From Eledone cirrhosa (Eukaryota): DNA of 64,000 bases. Numbering within the stretch: the stretch's first letter is position 1; each line of letters starts with the position of its first letter. A program made the translations under genes and the position numbers. Positions 58,468 to 64,000 of the stretch are shown here, piece by piece. The stretch spans positions 48,360,001-48,424,000 of the forward strand of contig OZ024749.1 of NCBI GenBank assembly GCA_964016885.1, given 5' to 3'. Below the pieces are notes generated by a model, which made no database searches, was not told the origin of the DNA, and worked only from the letters and a program-made list of their open reading frames with translations.

Positions 58468-58628
58468 TCGGACGCCATGCTTTCCAGCATAGTTACGTCC
58501 CTTTACGATCCGAGTTCAAATCCCGCCGAGCTTGACTTTGCCTTTCATCCTTACAGGGTCGATAAAATAAAGTACCAGTAATGCACTGGTTAATTGCTTG
58601 CCTTGTGCCTAAAATAGAAACAATTATT
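58468..58628 (+). mobile_element. SINE copy
   Basis: GAGTTCAAATCCCGCCGAG.TTGACTTTGCCTTTCATCCTTACAGGGTCGATAAAATAAAGTACCAG. Confidence 0.9.
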
Positions 58629-58890
58629 AACTGTAGCGGTCCATCCTTCTCATTCTCCAAATCCTGACATATCCCCGATGAAGGACTAAAAACCAATACG
58701 TTAAATTATCATTTTCCTTTTTTCAAATCATCTAGAGAGGTTTTAAACTTTTTGTGAAGAACATATATATACATACCCGTATAAGTGAGCGAAGGCACAT
58801 ATCTAAATCACACTTATACACAGACATACACATACATATATACACACACAGAGACACCCACTCACCCACACGCAAACACAAACTCATAAA

Positions 58891-58972
<82 letters not shown>

Positions 58973-59125
58973 AATATGAGTTTATGTATGTTTATAGGTG
59001 TGTTCCTATCTATATGAATTGAAATTTCTTACTTGAAGTATTAAGAGAACATGCTTAATGTGCACTTAAATGTGGTGTGTCTACAAAGAATATTTTTTCA
59101 CCGGGGGTTCTTTCTGAATTTAATG

Positions 59126-59211
<86 letters not shown>

Positions 59212-59227
59212 TAAAATAACAGATTAC

Positions 59228-59278
59228 AGTTTAAGCAAAGAATCGCTGCTTTCACCCTTAACGGGATCTTCTGAAACT
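59228..59278 (-). ncRNA. Hammerhead-like motif with CAGAAGA core
   Basis: Minus strand: AGTTT-CAGAAGA-T-CCC-GTTAA-GGG-T-GAAA-GCA-GCGATTCTT-TGC-T-T|AAACT. Confidence 0.55.
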
Positions 59279-60020
59279 AACAAAGTCAATATGTAAACGC
59301 AGAAGTGGATATTTCAAAAAACGTTGCAACCGGAGGAAGACAGGAAGACGATTCTTTGCTTCGTGGAAACGTTCCCTTGCAGCGAACGGGAAAAAACGAA
59401 TATAATACGTCATTAATAGGAGCGGTGAAAAACAATTACGCGCAAAGACAGAACCACGTTTATGGTATAAAAGAGGTCGTAGACTAATGTTCTCTTAGGT
59501 GGTTCATAGAGACGTTATCTGGCAATGAACGAAAAAAACGAAGATAATGCGTCATATGTGGGGCGTGGAGCACAATTGCACGCAAAGACAAAACCACGTA
59601 AATGGTAAAGCAGAAGTCGTACACTAAAATTCTAACTAGGAGACCGAATGAACCCCCGCTTCAGAGTTAAGAATAAAGAAAATAAATACAATACAAAAGT
59701 AATAGAAATTAAATAAATACATACACGCATACAAAACGTATATGACGTATTATCTTCGTTTTTTTTTCGTTCATTGCCAGAGAACGTCTCTATGAACCAC
59801 CTAAGAGAACATTAGTCTACGACTTCTTTTATACCATAAACGTTGTTCTGACTTTGCGCGTAATTGTGTTTCACCGCTCCTGTTAATGACGTATTATATT
59901 CGTTTTTTCCCGTTCTTTGCCAGGGAAAGTTTCCACGAACCAAAGTATCGTCTTCCTGTCTTCATGTCTTCCTGTCTTCCTCCTGTTGCAACGTTTTTTT
60001 GAAATATCCACTTCTTGTTA

Positions 60021-60070
60021 ATTTCAGAAGATCCCGTTAAGGGTGAAAGCAGCGATTCTTTGCTTAAACT
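60021..60070 (+). ncRNA. Hammerhead-like motif with CAGAAGA core
   Basis: Same motif on the right arm of the element. Confidence 0.5.
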
Positions 60071-60177
60071 TTAATCTGTTATTTTAATAAATATTTGCTC
60101 TACGGTTCTTATATATTTGATATATATTTATCCTTATCGAGCCCTCTTTGGATTTTAGTCTTCAAATTTATTATTAT

Positions 60178-60237
<60 letters not shown>

Positions 60238-62192
60238 GCGTGTGTGTATGTGTGTGTGACTTTATTTGTTTGTTTGTGCATGTGTGTGCATGCGTGAGTA
60301 TTAGTGAGCTGGTGTGTAGCAGTATCAGACTTATTTAGAACTATATCAAGAAAAAAAATATTTATAACTTATCGAAAATATAATTTACCAAATCAATGTG
60401 AATGAAACTAAATGGTATATTATTCTGGAAGTTACTAAGGCGACAACACATATATTTTTCATTCAGACCTCCTTTGTTATCCGATAAGTGCATAGCGATT
60501 GAAATAGATTACGTCTATTGAATTATGGCCGTATTGAAATTTATATGATGCCAGTTTACTATAGATGTGAATTATTTCTTAAATAATGCTTCAAAAGTCT
60601 CTAGTACATGCTTGATATAAAATACTCATCGGCTACTAGGTCTTCCTTTATGTTTCTGCTCCACTTTATCTTCCGCGCTTCTCTCTCTCTCCTCATCAAC
60701 TAAATTCAAATAAATCTGTACATCACATTCCTCTTCAAATTCTTCTTATTTTCTTTCTCCCTCTCCTTTCTATTGCTTGCTCTCACAGCAATACTGAGCA
60801 GAGACCTTTATGCCCTTGGTGGATACAATGACTATTTATATACCCATCAATATATATTTTTCTCTCTCTACCAATCCCAATATAAGTGCAAAAAAATGAC
60901 CTGAGCACATCGCATAAAGAAAAATTGACATAGACAAACAACTTATGTATATCTCATCGGATATAATAGAGTGAACAACTTCACCCAGGTTTCATTTCTA
61001 ATCGGATTAATTATCAGATAACTTAATTCGCCTCTTAGTCTACACAGAAATGTGTAATACATATTGTTTTTTTTAGATCACTATATGTGGTAGTATCGTG
61101 AAATCGGACATTTGAATTTGCGCTAGTGGTTAATCAATGAAATCTTAAATAGTACCCTAAGAAGTTTGGATATACGATACATATATAAACATAGAGAATT
61201 AGCAAATTTCAGCCGACTGATTCTATACCTGCGTGTCGTGATACCACATCCACCTATTTGCACATGTGAATCCAGTTCATGAAAATATCATTTATTAACA
61301 TTTTCATGGGAATAATCATTTATATAAATGTTCGTATCTTTATATTTAACAGACGGTAACTTCTCTTTCAGTATATCTCGAGATTCAGTCAATGAAGTGA
61401 CATTTATTTTCACTGTTACAATAGTCTAAATTCTGAGACTTGAATAAACATAGATTCATCAATATATATTTAATCCTAGTCATCTTCGAAATAATTGCAA
61501 AAATGCAACAATTCATTGTCCCATTGTAAAAGTATTTATGAACTAGCGTTAATGATATTGCATTATGGCTCAGCCAAAAATGGTATATCAATAAGTGGCA
61601 TGATATTTTAAAACTAATGTTAGTTAAAGAATACAACCAAATGCATCAACTATATTGGAAAAAATAAAGATTCTTTCTGTTCACGCACTTTTAATGACAT
61701 TATATATAGTTTTCACTGTATATGATTTAGAATTGATTAGTTAATAGATGGGATAAAACGATATTTGTATCATTACAACGAATAGTATATATAGGATTGA
61801 AAAGAAATGTCACTTCTTTAGCTGTGATATATTTCTTTATCAGTGAAATTTCCGTTCGGAATATGAATGCCGGAAAGATTTATTTGTTAGTCATATGAAA
61901 GGATGTGATTTCTTCACAGCAGGGTTAATAGGTTCGACCATTCTTTGAATATGTTCGTTTAATAGTTTCGCTATTAATTATTTTTACAGAATTCAATTAT
62001 TTCCTTAAGATGTTATTAATGAAATTAACAAAATTGACAAAGTTAATGATAAAACAATTGTTTTAAATTTGTATCAGTGGAAGGCCTTTGGAAAATCTAC
62101 CAGTTAAAGGGTGCTTTGTATTTAATGAACTATGGCAATACTTGTGTCACAGAACATACTCTAATATAAATATATGTATATATATATATGTG

Positions 62193-62534
<342 letters not shown>

Positions 62535-63181
62535 ATATATATATATATATATATTTGTCAAGGCAGAACTCTAGGAGAAGGAAAACTCTGATATAACACC
62601 TGCAACCCTGATGGTATCGGATGTTGTTGACTTGTTCTTCTTTTTCGTAAATATCATCTTGGTTAAGAGAGTGGGACTGGCTTGTGCAGTGCCTTTGCTC
62701 ACTATAAAAGCTTCACGGCACAGTCATTGCTTTATATCTGCTGATCTCTCTGCACTTGTCATCACATTATGCCATTGGCCCAGCACTATGTGTCAGTAAT
62801 TGTTACAAGTGTAGCGTTTGTACCAGAGTTTTCAAGTCGCTGGCTGGACTAAAAAGTCACACTCGATGAGCGCATCTATATATATATATTACTAATCATA
62901 ATAATCATCATCCTTGTGTTATGGATTAGAATCTAGGTTTAATTAGGTTAAACCATTGTGACAGGTAAACGAACGACGATAAAAGGAAATTGTTGAATCA
63001 ATAGCTGAACCAGGAACAGTTTGTGTTTTATCTGCACTTCCCGGATGTATTTAAATAACAATGGAAATGTAATAAAAAATGCGCGCAAATGATATTACTT
63101 TGATTTTTTAAAATTTCAAATTTATATCCCAAGCTTTTATAGGTGTACACGCACAACTAATATTGCATATATACGAACACT

Positions 63182-63234
<53 letters not shown>

Positions 63235-63651
63235 TATAGGGAGAATAAATATAGCAAACGTGAAGTAATAAATAGATGCTGAAGTACGGAAAAAAAGGCA
63301 TTCACATTTCAAGTAGCGTGGAATAAAAGTTATTAAGAAAAAAAGTTAAGCAATATCAAAGCTATGATAATAAATATTTGAAAATATTGAAATTAGCTGT
63401 TAACATATATCTAGTTTTAAGATCAAAAGGAAAGAGCAAGAGATGTATGGGGATTTTTTACATATATTTCTCGGGAATTATTTACAAACGATACTCATGT
63501 ACATGTTATCAATCTAATTATTTGCTTTTGTTGTAATTACATTTGTTTCGTTTATTTCTTAGCGAACAGATTTCTCATATGCAACAAAAGGTGAACAACA
63601 GTGCTTGCAAAAGGTTAGCGATAACGAATGAATTAGAAAATCGATAAATGC

Positions 63652-63656
<5 letters not shown>

Positions 63657-63698
<42 letters not shown>

Positions 63699-63755
63699 TA
63701 TATATATATAAGTGTATATATATATATACACATATATATGTATATAATTATATAT

Positions 63756-63788
<33 letters not shown>

Positions 63789-63826
63789 ATTACATATATA
63801 TATATATACATATAATTATATATATA

Positions 63827-63865
<39 letters not shown>

Positions 63866-63990
63866 ATATATATATATATATACATATTTATATATATATA
63901 TACATAAATATATATATATATATATATTTATACATAAAAATGATATAAATATGTCTATATAAATAAATAAATATATATATATATATGTGT
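63657..63990. repeat. (TA)n-rich block
   Basis: Directly visible. Confidence 0.95.
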
Positions 63991-64000
63991 GTGTATGTGG

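Larger units (their letters stand above)
59205..60180 (+). mobile_element. Fold-back element family 4, copy 2 (longest)
   Basis: Arms ~59205-59557/~59740-60093, tail to 60180, and an internal direct repeat of about 140-bp period (59395-59492 vs 59536-59632). (TA)n on both sides. Confidence 0.85.

Overview
AT-rich, microsatellite-saturated eukaryotic DNA that is intronic or intergenic. The repeat content suggests a coleoid cephalopod (octopus), but this is an inference. There is no confident host gene: only a weak 3-exon candidate in the first 1.6 kb. Recognisable elements are (1) a 5'-truncated, nearly intact RTE-clade LINE (21.7-24.55 kb, minus), (2) a nest of R4/Dong-like restriction-like-endonuclease LINE fragments in (TAA)n tracts (16.2-18.8 kb), (3) about ten copies of a tRNA-headed SINE, and (4) many simple repeats. 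The most interesting signal is a set of at least seven sequence-unrelated families of short non-coding elements. Most are embedded in or beside (TA)n tracts, and five families are built as head-to-head fold-backs with a one-sided tail. Each carries a minimal type-I hammerhead ribozyme motif (intact, variant, half or decayed). This fits non-autonomous Penelope-like or retrozyme-like retroelements that target TA microsatellites. One family has a fixed non-canonical core (CAGAAGA). Another folds back repeatedly at the ribozyme's own stem II. All structures were read by eye; no activity or database identity has been tested.
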